Assembly: GCA_051294905.1 (NCBI GenBank)
Contig: CM119371.1
Location: 39,682,001 to 39,746,000, forward strand
Source: Botryllus schlosseri
Taxonomy: Eukaryota
DNA: 64,000 nucleotides
Direction: 5' to 3'
Below the pieces are notes generated by a model that did no database searches, was not told where the DNA came from, and saw only the letters and a list, made by a program, of their open reading frames with translations. A program made the translations under genes and the position numbers. How positions within the stretch are numbered: position 1 is the stretch's first letter; each line of letters opens with the position of its first letter. Shown piece after piece: positions 1-13,146 of the stretch.

Positions 1-1399
1 TTATTAATTTTTTTTTATCATAATCAACCATTAAAAATATCAACACACTATACACGATACATGTGGGATTGGTAGTATTTTTTTTATTCATTTTCCATGT
101 TTTTTTTTTTTGTACATCATATTCAATTATTTAACACCATAAGACCACCTGATCACTAACACATATTGAGATTTTAGTCTTTTATATATACATAACTACC
201 TTCTACAATCATCGTGAAAGTTTGCATGAAATGTATATTGGCCTAGAAAAAGTAAGATCACGAATATACATGATAACGAGTGTAACAGTAGGCTAATAAT
301 ATTGATTAGAGTTGGACAACGATTGCTGATTTGACAAATAAAATCGAGCATAATTATTCTTTGACATTCTAAGACATGATGATTTAGAAAGAGAACATTG
401 GTTGCTACAACGAAATACACAATATGACAATAATTCACCATAGAAGACAGAAGATATCTATTTTGAAATGAACCTATTCCATTGTAAACTTGCGTATCAA
501 TCACGATAAAAGCAAAAAAATCCTATATAATGACGGCTTCAAGTCTGCTCTAGTGGAAAAACTTTTCTGTTCAAATCCATTACATCAGTAATTACCGCCT
601 TAAAACAACCATCTGATGAAAAAGCGAGAATCGAAACGATATTTGCGGCTAGGAATGTTGTTTTTGTGTTGTTAAAATTGCACAACTTTTTCCGGTTACG
701 TAACTGTGAAATGCACAATATAAACCGCATCATTACATTGTAACGTGTCAATTGTATCAATCGACTGCGAAATCGTCAGCTTGAATTCTGAAACGCAACG
801 CAGTCATTCGGCTCGAAAATCTCCATTTTGTTGATGAAGAATTGTTGGCTTCTGTACATGATTAACTTTGTTGGTTCTGCCGCCTTTTCTCACGCTCACT
901 GAAAAAACAAGTACCTCTGAATAAATCCATATCCTAGTGAATCAAACAAGTTTGCCAACTATTCGGATTATCAGACGGAGATGCACCGTTCGCTCGTTTA
1001 CGTCATTACAGCGGGTAAAATAGAGTTGGACTTTTTCTAAACGAGCTGGGCTCATAGTCGGATGCATTATAGGCAGGCCGTGTTATTTTTGGCATATGCC
1101 AAAACTGCCAAAAATAACTTATTTTTGGCATTTTTCGATTTTTATTTTTGGCAGTTTTGGCATCGTCCTCTAAATAGATAGTTTCAGCCTCGAATTAGTC
1201 ACAAAAACGCCAAAGACACCACAAAATGTGCAGCATCCACGTGTAATCAGTGCCAACAAACAATAAGAAGAAAAAACCTAACAATTTCATAGGTTAATAA
1301 TATCAAACGAACCCACAAAATGTGCAGTATCCATTGGAATCGGTGCCAATAAGCAAAAAAAGAAAGAAAAGCCTAACAAACACGCTCAACAGCTGATTG

Positions 1400-1938
1400 T
1401 TACAGCTGTTGAATAGACCTAACTCGTTTGCACTGTAACAATGCTTCCAAACTCAGGTCAGCTAAGTTTCTCCTAAATTCATTTCTCGCCCAGCGAATCT
1501 GGGAAATATCGGCTTCAACATTAGCCGTTGAGGGAAAGAATGTTGCCAGTCATCCACAAAAGGTTTTCAGAGCTTCAAAATCTTTGGACGGCCGAACCGG
1601 CTTCCATGCATCATGAAAAGAGATCACTATACGCCAGTGCCATGGATCTCATCGCGGAAAGAATTTTCTTCCCGATCTTTTTCCAGGAGTTTCCTGTGTT
1701 GTCTCTCAACACATTCTATTTAGTAGCCCGACTATCATTTCTCCTTCAGTCTACCGATATATTTTTGGAGGACTTTTGTCACTTCAGGTGGCTTTAATAT
1801 TACCAACTCGCATGGAAGAGTCCTGGGAAAGTTGGCTTGTTTAAAAACATCGACGCAACAAGACTGTCTGGGAAACGAGACTATGTAGCTCAGAAATAGC
1901 CAGACAGATTGTTGCGTCATAATGTTCAACTCGATCAC
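1400..1938 (-). pseudogene. hAT-like transposase C-terminus (degenerate)
   Basis: Minus strand reads ...FPRTLPCELVILKP... and SFHDAWKPVRPSKDFEALKTFCG*LATFFPSTANVEADISQIRWARNEFRRNLADLSLEALLQCKRVRSIQQL*. This resembles a hAT dimerisation-type motif and carries internal stops. Confidence 0.7.
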
Positions 1939-1949
1939 AATGCAAAAAT

Positions 1950-2175
1950 CGTGGTTGATTTTGGGGGTTCCAGTTCCATGAGCAGAATATAATTTATATT
2001 TTATTAATCAGTACTGCGGCAGCTTCTCATTGATACCCGTTTTATCAAATCTAGCGCTCGACAAGCCGGTCAAAAATGGTCGTAAAATTGCCTTTGGACA
2101 AATGGAAAGTATGACGTAAACCAAATGCAGTCAGCCGTTCAATCTCGCTGTGTCCACACCGTTTGAGACACCATG
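1950..2175. repeat. Dispersed repeat family (arm ending ...GACAC(C/T)ATG), nested in the hAT element
   Basis: Homologous to 13970-14192 and 43470-43701, and in reverse to 24396-24620. Superfamily not resolved. Confidence 0.7.
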
Positions 2176-2760
2176 CTTTCACCCCTAATTGGTGAGCTGG
2201 ACCCAGATTATGAAACCTGCCTTTCACAAACGCTCTTCTCGCTTGTAACGCGGTCCTGTTAACACAACACCATGAACGAAATACACTATTTGGCAGGCCG
2301 TGTTATTTTTGGCTTATGCCAAAAATTGCTTATTTTTGGCATTTTCAAATTTTTATTTTTGGCAGTTTTGGCATCTGGCTCCTGAAATGCCAAAAATAAC
2401 ACGGCCTGATTATAGGGATTTAATCTAAAGATGGACTGTGGATTTCTATTTTTGCAAGACGATTCTTGAGCATGTTCGGCTCACAATCCCATATACGGCA
2501 ACATATCAATCAGAACACGCCTTTCATGAAAATGAACTTGCAGGTAACATATCATATATCAGGGAGCGGCATTGACCGCGACGATGTACAATTGTACATC
2601 CTAGTGGACTTTGTTGACACTTTACATTTCCATTACAATGTCGAAAGTGTCTTTTTAGTGCCACTAGGATCATCTGTATGAGTGGAAATATCATAAAAAT
2701 AGGGTCGTGCATTTCTGCATCAAGGTTACCTTAAATAGATGACGATAAGCGTACTGGTAT

Positions 2761-3180
2761 CACACTTGGATTATTGGATAATTCTAGTTGTCTAATTAAA
2801 CTAAATAGAGTGAAATGCCGGTAATCTAATTCGAATCTGATTTGTGAAATATTTAGTTGCTGTCATTTTGATTCTTATATTATTTCTGGTTTTCCTGTAA
2901 ATGCTACTGAGAGAACAGTGTAGTGCGAAACGATCCAAGCTTGCTGTACAGACATTTTCTATTATCATGCTCATGAGCAGGAACCGTGATTTGATATGAC
3001 GGGACATGATGAAAATGTCCAAGTTTTCGCGAATGCAGTCATTCTAATTCTAATCTAATTTGGAAAAGAGCTGTGTCGCTATCATTTTAATTTAATTCAA
3101 TTTGGGAAAAACTGTATAACTCTAGTTCTAATTCTACTACAATTTGAAAAAGCTGGAAATGTTATAGTTGTCCAAATCTG
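2761..3180. mobile_element. hAT-type MITE (TTAGAATTAG family)
   Basis: Ends CACACTTGGA...TTGTCCAAATCTG. 8-bp TSD ACTGGTAT/ACTGTTAT (7/8). Internal ATTCTAAT repeats are the reverse complement of the 7378-8915 array and of 9628-9814. Confidence 0.75.
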
Positions 3181-4120
3181 ACTGTTATTAATCACAAAAT
3201 TGGGTATACTTGCATGCAATTTTTGACAACACGTTGATCCATACGATACGTACAAAAAATTAGTAAGTTGTCACTTGCGATTACCTAAGAAAAGTATGAC
3301 ACAACCCGTCCAAATAATCGTATTTTATATTCCCATACTTGAGTAATTTTCAACCTTCATTTACAATACTTCAACTTGTATCCGAGAAAAAAAATGGACG
3401 GGATCATTCTAACTTCTGTACGAGTCGAATCAATGATTATTTCGATAGTTTATACAAACGATGCAAACACATACCCCAACCATCCACTCTATTTTTTACT
3501 TTGATCAGCTAAACAATACGGATGGAGTATTTTTATACTTTTGCCGTGTTAATAATGCGAGCATCTCGTCAAATCTCACTTTTTATTATCCAATATTTCT
3601 CGCAAGAAAATGAGATCTATGTCGGTCGAATGCAGAAAGTAATCATGCATTGAAGTGACGCATGAATATCGAAGCTCAACTTTAGTGTCATACATCGGAA
3701 GAGGTTGACAGTAACCAAGTACTTTTTCCAAATTATAAAAATAATTTTGCCCAATTTCACTACTTACTTGGATGCATGACATTGCTATTATATTCTAGCA
3801 GAATAAACAATGTTTTTTTCAACGACGCTTCGTTTGATGCACGGTATGACATCGTTATGACGACACTATATGACACCAGAATAATATTTGATCTAAAAAA
3901 AAAATTTGACCGTGTAGGAGAATGAATCGACCATGGAATGGAAGGATAAATCTCAGCACTCATTTCTAGAACCGGTCAGAGTTCGCAACATCGACTCACC
4001 TTTCAGAAAATTCTTCGTCGAGTAGCTGCCAGGCATCTTCTTCTCGAAACACTGAAATGAGAAGAATTTAGAGAATATATAATACTTGTTATTAAATGAT
4101 GTATGTGCTGGTCAAAATCA

Positions 4121-4260
4121 AAATCCTGTTACTGATTAGAATTTCAAATCCAAATCCAAAATTAATTTTGTTTTGGTGTTTGTACGCGCTGGTGTTAAAT
4201 CCAAATCCTGTTACTGATTAGAATTTCAAATCCAAATCCAGAATTAATTCTGTGTCGGTG
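4121..4260. repeat. Short tandem duplication (~80-bp period)
   Basis: AAATCCTGTTACTGATTAGAATTTCAAATCCAAATCCA occurs at ~4121 and ~4203. Confidence 0.8.
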
Positions 4261-5694
4261 GTCAGTAACGAATTACTTCTACTTTATCAGAGTACTCAAG
4301 TAGTGCTGCCTACTTGCATCGCTTCATCAAGCCGTTTCAATTTTAGATTACTTTAATTTCTACTTGTTGTAACAGTTGTTGGACAAAACTACTTACATCG
4401 TAAAATTTGGATTTTGAAAAGTAGCAAGTAGTTCCGGGATGATTTTTCGACGTTTATGTTCTGTGAAAGTGTCATAGGATTCGTGTGAAACAGCCCATGT
4501 ATCGCGATAACTTAATATATATTTTACAATATTTTGCTCACTTGCGTGTATTTAGTCATTTTGCATTAGTCGCGATGATATATCAAGACTGCAATTTGGA
4601 AAGTAAATATCTTCTGTTAACTTCTAAAAGTAAGCGACCCGTCAACCAAATCTACTTTAGAAACGTCTCACTTGAACGCACCTACGATCATTCAGGAACT
4701 CGCGTCAGCAACTTTCAGAACCAATGGGTGTCAGTATGATCACCAGATGTCGCAAAAAATTCATATAGAACACTGTATGTTCTCCTATGGTTACGAAAAT
4801 ATTCGAGTCCCCATATTTTTTTTACTCATCGCCCCCTCATCAAGCACTATGTATCTTTATCACAACCCCAAAAGCTAGGGTGTTATGAGCTGCGAAGTAC
4901 TTCTACTTTTTCCTAGTACTCAACTAGTTTATAGCGAATGGTGTACTTACTCAAGAAGTTTCAATTGAATACTATTTCTACATCAGTTTTTTAATGCTGA
5001 GCAACTGAATTTTGCATTCTTGATATTGTCAAGTGAAAAGTAGTTTTAAGACGCGCTTCAACGACGTCTTACTTCAAAATTGACAAGACTTCATAAACAA
5101 GTTCACGATCAGCGACGTATGGGAAATCATGCGTAAAACAATTATTCGTACTAAATATCGAAATATCGAATTACACTACTATTCCCTACTACCGAGCATT
5201 ATCAGGTAACCATGGTAACGACGCTACGTCACACCATTGCATGTCATAATCACAAGCTTTCAAGTTGCGTTAGTAACGCATCAGGCATGTTACGTGAAAT
5301 GGGGATTTCATGCAAAATGATCGCAATACTTATATATATACGTAATATAACACCTATACCTAATAATACACCAAACCAAACCATGACTCACATTCTAAAA
5401 CTTCCAACTCAGTATCGATATCATTTGCAATCGTCTGCGCTTTCTTCAGATCGTCTCCTTTCAACATATCAGATTCATGGATGTATATCAATGTTACTTT
5501 CTTCAAATTAGAATTGTTGACGAGAGACGAAACCTCAGCGACTGAAGCACGACATCTAAGGTAGAATATGCATCTGATGCATTCGATCTGCGACGAGATA
5601 ATATTACTATTAACATTGTGTATTATAATGATGCTTCTTGCTAATGCTTGCACTTTTCACCAGGGGCTATGATTTGTTACATGGTACTTTAGAT

Positions 5695-6454
5695 CAGGGA
5701 TGGCCAACCTTTTTGCTGTTCACGGCCGCATTTCGATCACTTATGTCGCCCACAGCCGCATTCCAGGACGGAGTCGTAATGAACTAACTGGATGCCAAAT
5801 ATTCATGTTAAACTGCCCACGTCCATTTCCGGTGAACTGCGGACTAAGCTATACTCATTTCTGGAACCAATTGTGGTCGCACGAGCCGTGAAATTGTTTT
5901 CAGATTCGGGAATGAATTTTGTCAATAATATTAGTAGTTTCACATATTACTGCCAAACATTTCATTTTTCTTTTCTCAGCCCATGTGGTCAGATTCACCC
6001 GTTGAGTTCATGGAGGTGGGCGTTTCCGAAAATCTTATGCAAATCATAATTGATGATTGATCTTCTGGAGGGCCGATTGTCAGTAGTCACTTTGTTGCAT
6101 CCTAACTGTTGTTATTCCACCTCCCGTCAGGATTGTCAGTATATAGTGGAAATATATTGAAATCGCCCAATAGTACCGGAATCAATTTTCTGTCGTGAGG
6201 AGCACACGATTCCAAGTTGGTATTAGTGTATGGGGCCCTTCATTTTCATATGCTGTTCACATCTGTACTGCGGGGCTCAGATTGCAAAGGACGCTCCTAT
6301 ATTAAAATTGTGCAAAAAAAATCCCCATTGATCACTATCAGGAGTCAATTTGTAAATTGAATATGCATGTTGAAGGTCATCAAAAAATAATAATTGAATT
6401 ACGTGTCGAAAGCCGCACAAAATTCATTCTACAGCCTCAGGTTGGCTATCCCTG
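5695..6454. mobile_element. hAT (Buster/Charlie-type) MITE in intron of gene B
   Basis: CAGGGATGGCCAACC...GGTTGGCTATCCCTG with perfect TSD CTTTAGAT at 5687-5694 and 6455-6462. Confidence 0.9.
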
Positions 6455-7377
6455 CTTTAGATAAACTTATTGATAAGAATTACGAACTCCGCAACTGCAG
6501 TGGATATCTGGGAGAAGGAAAATAAGTTACTTCATGTGAAGGGGATTCGAGCTGATCGACAGGAATAAACAACAAATGTGCGTTGGTGGAATATGTACGT
6601 TGAATCTATGCAAATAACACTGGATCATAATTAATACCTCCTTTTGCCTGCAAGCTTCAACAATATTTCGGAATTCATCTTCCTCCCCCAAGTAGAACAT
6701 TGCATGGATATTGCCAAAAGCGGTAATTTCTCTGGCACGGTTCAAATATCTGTTGTAATCCTCGACGGAAATCTGGCCATTCACAGCAATTTCCAAGACC
6801 TCCATCTTGAATACGGAAGACACAAGTCGTCAATTTTTGGAATAAGATTCGATAATTTAATTAAAGATAGTTATTCCTGGAAGTTAAGATAGACGCCTAA
6901 AGAATGATCAATTCCGATACTCGAGTTATAATGATAGGGAAATATAATGGCGTTTGAAAGCATTCTTAAATCAAATGAGGAATCGTACTTGATACTTTTT
7001 CCGGTAATTTTCAATTACCGACCAATCGATGTCTTCTTCCTCCGTGCAATCGAGCAATATCTTGCTTATCTGAACACAATATTGACTTCATGAGGTAAGA
7101 TGACATCATCGTGACGTGATCATGTATTGAAATCGATATTCATATATTTACAGTTTATTAGTAATTTGTTGCAATATTTGATTGTACACAATGCATACAC
7201 TGCATTGGTTTTAGTCTCATTCCTGAGCATGAACTCTCGATAAAATCTACTCGTGAATATTCTTTGTATTTTATAAGTAGTGGTGGTCAAAGTAGTCGTC
7301 GGCGATACTCAAGCAGAAGTATTCAAGTACATTTCTACTCAAGTAGTATAATTGATATACAAGTAAGTAAAAGTAAA

Positions 7378-8915
7378 GAGCTATTCAGTTTTTTTAAATA
7401 AAATTATAATTAGAGCTACACACTTTTTTCCAAATAAGTTTAGAATCAGAGCTATTCAGTTTTTTTTAAATAAAATTATAATTAGAGCTACAGTTTTTTT
7501 TCAAATAAGATTAGAATTAGAATTACAGTTTTTTTAAATAAAATTATAATTAGAGCTACACACTTTTTTCCAAATAAGTTTAGAATCAGAGCTATTCAGT
7601 TTTTTTTAAATAAAATTATAATTAGAGCTACACAGTACAAATAACATTAGGATTAGAATTAGAGCTACACAGTTTTTCTTTCAAATAAGATTAGAATCAG
7701 AGCTATTCAGTTTTTTTTAAATAAAATTATAATTAGAGCTACACAGTACAAATAACATTAGGATTAGAATTAGAGCTACACAGTTTTTCTTTCAAATAAG
7801 ATTAGAATCAGAGCTATTCAGTTTTTTTTAATAAAATTATAATTAGAGCTATTCAGTTTTTTTTAAATAAAATTAGAATTAGAGCTACACATTTTTTTTC
7901 CAAATAAGATTAGAATCAGAGCTATTCAGTTTTTTTTTAATAAAATTAGAATTAGAGCTACACAGTACAAATAACATTAGGATTAGAATTAGAGCTACAC
8001 AGTTTTTCTTTCAAATAAGATTAGAATCAGAGCTATTCAGTTTTTTTAAATATAATTATAATTAGAGCTATTCAGTTTTTTTTAACTAAAATTAGAATTA
8101 GAGCTACACATTTTTTTTCCAAATAAGATTAGAATCAGAGCTATTCAGTTTTTTTAAATAAAATTATAATTAGAGCTATTCAGTTTTTTTTAAATAAAAT
8201 TAGAATTAGAGCTACACATTTTTTTTCCAAATAAGATTAGAATCAGAGCTATTCAGTTTTTTTTAAATAAAATTATAATTAGAGCTATACAGTACAAATA
8301 ACATTAGGATTAGAATTAGAGCTACACAGTTTTTCTTTCAAATAAGATTAGAATCAGAGCTATTCAGTTTTTTTAAATATAATTATAATTAGAGCTATTC
8401 AGTTTTTTTTAACTAAAATTAGAATTAGAGCTACACATTTTTTTTCCAAATAAGATTAGAATCAGAGCTATTCAGTTTTTTTAAATAAAATTATAATTAG
8501 AGCTACACATTTTTTTTCCAAATAAGATTAGAATCAGAGCTATTCAGTTTTTTTAAATAAAATTATAATTAGAGCTATTCAGTTTTTTTTAAATAAAATT
8601 AGAATTAGAGCTACACATTTTTTTTCCAAATAAGTTTAGAATCAGAGCTATTCAGTTTTTTTAAATAAAATTATAATTAGAGCTACAAAGTTTTTTTTCA
8701 AATAAAATCATAATTAGAGCTACACAGTTTTTTTTTCAAATAAGATTAGAATTAGAGTCATCGTTTTTTCCCAAACAAAATGATATTTAGAGGTACAGTT
8801 TTTTTTCCAAAAAAATATTAGGATTAGAATAAAAGCTACATAGTTTTTTTTCAAATAAAATTATAATTAAAGATACATCGTTTTTTTTAAAATTAGATTA
8901 GAATTAGAGCTACGC
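7378..8915. repeat. Minisatellite array, ~35-40-bp units with higher-order organisation
   Basis: Alternating unit variants AGAGCTATTCAGT(n)AAATAAAATTATAATT, AGAGCTACACAT(n)CCAAATAAGATTAGAATC and AGAGCTACACAGTACAAATAACATTAGGATTAGAATT. Confidence 0.95.
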
Positions 8916-9190
8916 AGTAGAGGTGTTCAAAAATGACCTTTTTTTCAAATTCTATTGGCTATTTGATGAAACTGATAGTTTACCTAATTGAAGCCTGACA
9001 CCAAGTTTGGTCAATTCCAACCAGTACCCGCATTGCTACTGGAGAAGATTATTTTTTCATTTAAATAAAAATCTTTAAAAAAATTCAAAATTTTCTGTCC
9101 ATCTCATGAGATTGTTCGGTTTTCTATAGAAACGATGTTCACCAAATTTGGCTCAATTCCAACCAGCGGAAGCGGAGTTATAGAGTATAA
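8916..9190. mobile_element. High-copy MITE family (CAGTAG(A/G)GGTGTT end; CCAAATTTGGCTCAATTCCAACCAG motifs)
   Basis: The same motifs recur at ~10770, 12600, 23700-24060, 25850-26060, 26755-27010, 27257-27555, 29660-29945 and 54555-54720. Confidence 0.75.
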
Positions 9191-9627
9191 GTATATTGCC
9201 TGGACGCGCAATGGCTCAGACACTGACAAGACCGAGATGCTTAGGAAACGGCTTAGGGCGTCCTAGAGCTTTGTCAGGTATCGTGCGCAGCTCATATTGT
9301 TCAAAATAAAATGAAGTTCATGATCATGATATTTCTTGTTGTATTTGTACTACTTAAATAAAATATTACTTCCGATGCCCATGTTAGTAAGCACAGCGTT
9401 GTACTAACAGTAAGTTTTAATACGTGGCTGCTCAACTGTGTAGTCTATTTTGTCTCGATATTGCATTCTTGCGGCCCGCGGCCTCTACGAATTTTGAAAA
9501 GTGGCCAGCGACCCGTTTTGAGTTGACGACATCTGCACTATACAGTTCTCCTGAATGACTGCACGGTGTACGCAATGCGATGGCGACTTGGCACCGGATC
9601 TCTCTGCAAAATGCCGCGGACAAATTA

Positions 9628-9814
9628 ACAGTTTCAGGAAAACAATAAACTAGATTAGAATTAGAATTAGAGCATAAGAACAATTTACAAATTACATTAG
9701 AATTAGAATTAGAGCATAGGAGCATTACACAAATTAGAGTAGAATTAGATTACTGGCATTTCGTTCTAAATTAATGAAACTAGACAACTAGAATTATCTC
9801 GTTGTCCAAGTCTG
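9628..9814. mobile_element. Right end of the TTAGAATTAG-family MITE hosting the minisatellite
   Basis: TAGAATTAGAGC repeats followed by the terminus GTTGTCCAAGTCTG; reverse-complement match to 2761-2850. Confidence 0.7.
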
Positions 9815-10052
9815 ATGGTGAGTAACAGTGTTCTTCTACTTCTTAAAAGTACGAGGTTAATATCACAATTTCACACATGAATTATTGATTGAACCCACAC
9901 ATGACGTCATTAATCATTTTGCGTTAGTCGCGGGGACGCATCTCGCAATTTAAAAGGTAGCCAGCACCGATGAACTGCCGAATATTTGCGAACCGTCGAC
10001 TAAAAATACTTTTGAAAACTATTTATTTCGAGCACCGTACTTATAAGTAGGA

Positions 10053-10510
10053 CTGGGCACAATGATTCGAGAACTGAAATCTGAATCGAGTATCAATTTT
10101 AATGATTCGAGTTGAGTAGTAAAACACATTTTTCGAACACTGAAATTATACGCTCCTCACCACTGAAAGTTAATTTATCAATGAGAATTATAGTTTCGAT
10201 TCTAATTTTCACTGTTGAAGATTAGAACAAGCCTTCAAATAATGATTGGCCGGTTCGTAGCACATTACCGAAATCATAATCATCCCGCAACATTGTCACC
10301 AAGTGCAATGAAATCGGTATGGTCGAAAAATACCAAAGTATCTTTCATATGGCGGATAACAGGCATTATATTCTTTGCGGTCGGCTAAAAGGTACACATT
10401 TGAACTCTGACATAGTAGCCTACATTCCGTTATGACTTCATAACGAGTGTTACTCGAAGCGTATTACGTGATTCAGAATGGAATCACTCAGGTACTCAAT
10501 CTTGCCCAGG
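10053..10510. mobile_element. hAT-type MITE (CTGGGCAC/A...TTGCCCAG family)
   Basis: Homologous copies at 38232-38683 (truncated) and, in reverse, at 63537-64000. Confidence 0.75.
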
Positions 10511-10695
10511 CAAACTTATAGGATATTACATTTTCCACTTTCACTTAAAGTAGTTTTATTAAGTCTTTAAATGGTCAGTTCTACTTGTAATCGCGTATAT
10601 ATTCAACAAGTTACGTCTACTTCTACTTGATTAGCAAGGTTGAGTACTCTGACCAGCTCTGCGTACACTTAAGACTCGACTCGCAATATTGAAGA

Positions 10696-12692
10696 CGAGG
10701 GGTGTTAAATTTTTTTTTCAAATTTCATCGGCTTAATTGTCAAATAGCCAGGTTACCTAAAAAAACGTTGCACACCAAATATGACTCAATTCCAAACAGT
10801 ATATCCCGAGGTCGCTCAAATTGAAATTTCGGTCGTTTATGCAATAATAGCATTTACGGTGACCAATTTCGTCACACCGACATGACCAAAAATCGTGTTC
10901 CAGGTTTTGATCTTAACAAGGGCATATGGTGGAGTTTGGACAGGGTTGTAATGACTCGAGCCAAGTCATACGACTCCAGACACAGACGGTCAAGACCGAC
11001 ATTTCATTGTAATTTTGAAGAATAGTAAAGTAACCACACTATTAGGATTTCGTCTATTGGTACTGGTACTTGGAAATATGACCAGAAACTGCTAAAAGGG
11101 AGGAAAATTGGTATAAGATAAATGTGAACCATCCGATATCATCAAACAGAGTTATAAAATGTGGGTTTAACAAGATTTTATCAGGAAACTGAGCAGTCAA
11201 CACAATGACTTGGACTCGACTCGAGTTATAATACTGTGACTCAGTGGTGGATTGAAAATGACTCGACTTGACTCAAGTCAAAACTGTAAAAGTGAGATCG
11301 ACTTGCGACTTGGGTACAGTCCTGGGTTTGGATGAAGACACCGCCAGTAAACGAAAAAAGAAATGACACGGATTACCTGAAAACTGCTCCACCTCATTGA
11401 AATCGACATGTTGAAACGATGGTGAGATAATTTTCAAACAGATTACTTTACACACTGAAATTACGACCACGAAAAGGAAATGAACTGACAAGCAGGTAAA
11501 ATACGTGTAAATATGTTTCTCAAGTGATAGTCGAGAAGTATTTTTTGTCGGACCAATTTAGATTTCACGAAATCGATCCCAGTTATGCAAGACATACCGA
11601 TGTCTCTCTGCCTTGATTCAAAGTTTTTACTGATCGCAAAGTCGCTATTCCCAAAATCTCATCCCCAAAGACATCAGTTGCATTACTCAATAGCTCGTGT
11701 TCGAATGTTTCTCTGCTACTTGATATTGACTTATCTAGGGCGTTGAAAATGCTGCTGATTGCAATTCAGAATGGGCTATGCAATTGAATAGTATTTGTGA
11801 GTTGAAAAAACATTTCTGATACTTCACATAAGCTTTGATCCTGGAGCTTTTTGTGCTCAAAACTTTGCGAGATTCAAGGAAACCAAATGGTAACCCAATG
11901 AGCTTATAAAGCACATTAGTCATTTTCTGGTCTTTCAATATCACCTAGGCCCCCTTGGCATGGAGTGATAAAAAGCATTGGTGTTTTACCACGATATATG
12001 GATACAATTAGATGGTAGTTACCGAATATGGAGGATGACATGAAAAGAGGACGACAACTTTTGATAGGAAGAAGATCTGTCACGATGCCCATTAGTCTTA
12101 TCGTTCACCTGTGATATAGTAGGCTACTATAGAAGTGCTGCAGAGCAAATAATAAAATATCATATAATATCAAATTGAATAGTGAAGAAATGTACATTGG
12201 ACTGACAAAGAATATAGATATTGACTATCACTTGAGAAATGTATTTACCCGTATTTTACGTGCTTATTGTCAATTCATGACCTTTTCGTGGCCGTTAATT
12301 TCAGTGTGTAAAGTACTCTATTTGAAGATTTTCTCACCATCGTTTTAAAGTCTCTATTTCAATGAAGTGAACCAATCTCCAGGTAATCCGTGTCATATCT
12401 TTTTTTCGTTTACTGGCGATGCCTTCATTCAAACCCCACCATAGGCCCTTGTCAAGATCAACACAATTGGAAAATACATCCCTGCCACTTCAGGAATACC
12501 TGGAACACGGTTTTTGGTCATGTCGGTGTGACGAAATTGGTCACCGTAAATACTATTATTTCAAAAATGACCGAAATTTCAATTTGAGTCACCTCGGCTT
12601 CTACTGGTTGGAATTGAGTCAAATTAGGTGTGCAACGTTTTTTTAGGTAACCTGACGATTTGACAACGAAGCCGATGAAATTTGAAAAAAAA
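10696..12692. mobile_element. Non-autonomous element with ~450-bp TIRs (Tc1/mariner- or Sola-type end CGAGGGGTGTT)
   Basis: 10710-10940 plus 11333-11533 is the reverse complement of 12222-12692. The left arm is interrupted by a hAT MITE. Confidence 0.7.
10941..11324. mobile_element. hAT MITE, GACTCGAGTC family
   Basis: CAGGGTTGTAATGA...TACAGTCCTG with TSD AGTTTGGA/GGTTTGGA (7/8). Confidence 0.85.
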
Positions 12693-12876
12693 GAGAGACG
12701 AGATGAGGAGGTATTGACAACACAATCTTTAATTGAAAAAACCGTCTTAATGAACTGTGCATGGTATATTTACTGAAAATATCAAATTAAATATTTTATA
12801 TGTTTTTCCCAATAAAAATAGTAAAACTTGAGATTCCGAAACACCATATCAACTGTACTTGAATTGCAACAGAAAG

Positions 12877-12891
12877 TCATTCCGTGCGGAT
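12877..12891 (-). CDS. Probable terminal coding exon (IRTE*)
   Basis: TTTCTTTTCAG acceptor; in phase with the 13229-13147 exon. Confidence 0.4.
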   Translation of the reverse strand: MRTE

Positions 12892-13146
12892 CTGAAAAGA
12901 AATAGCGGGTATGCACACGAAACACCTCGAATTATGCTTGATTTAGATGCACACAAGAAATCATTCTGTTCCTGATATCTGTTATATAGTTAGACCATGA
13001 TGACTTGATTATCCACTTGTGGATAAAGTATGGATAAAAGTAGATTAAAATAGGATAAAAGAACTGATTAACCACAATGTAATGTTTGAGTTTTAAAGCA
13101 AACTTGAAACTGCATATTTATGAGAAGAAAAATATCAGTAACTGAC

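Larger units (their letters stand above)
1074..2408 (-). mobile_element. Deleted hAT-type DNA transposon with transposase C-terminal relic
   Basis: TIRs CAGGCCGTGTTATTTTTGGCA (1074) and TGCCAAAAATAACACGGCCTG (2408). Perfect 8-bp TSD ATTATAGG at 1066-1073 and 2409-2416. A second copy of the left end lies at 2294-2375. Confidence 0.9.
4000..7069 (-). pseudogene. 3' part of spliced LRR/NLR-like gene B (exons 7069-7019, 6805-6638, 6551-6531, 5555-5392, 4051-4000); frameshifted
   Basis: All five exons have AG/GT borders. Peptide: ISKILLDCTEEEDIDWS|MEVLEIAVNGQ...EACRQKE|LES(L)HM|KCRASVAEVSSLVNNSNLKKVTLIYIHES...LEVLE|LFREEDAWQLLDEEFSE. Phases fit if one extra C is removed from the 21-nt micro-exon. 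Terminal exon unresolved. Confidence 0.6.

Noticed and set aside
196..900. Short minus-strand ORFs at the window start
   Set aside because: No recognisable motifs or convincing exon chain.
7378..8915. CRISPR-like periodic array
   Set aside because: No unique spacers, since units are variants of each other; no cas genes; eukaryotic context.
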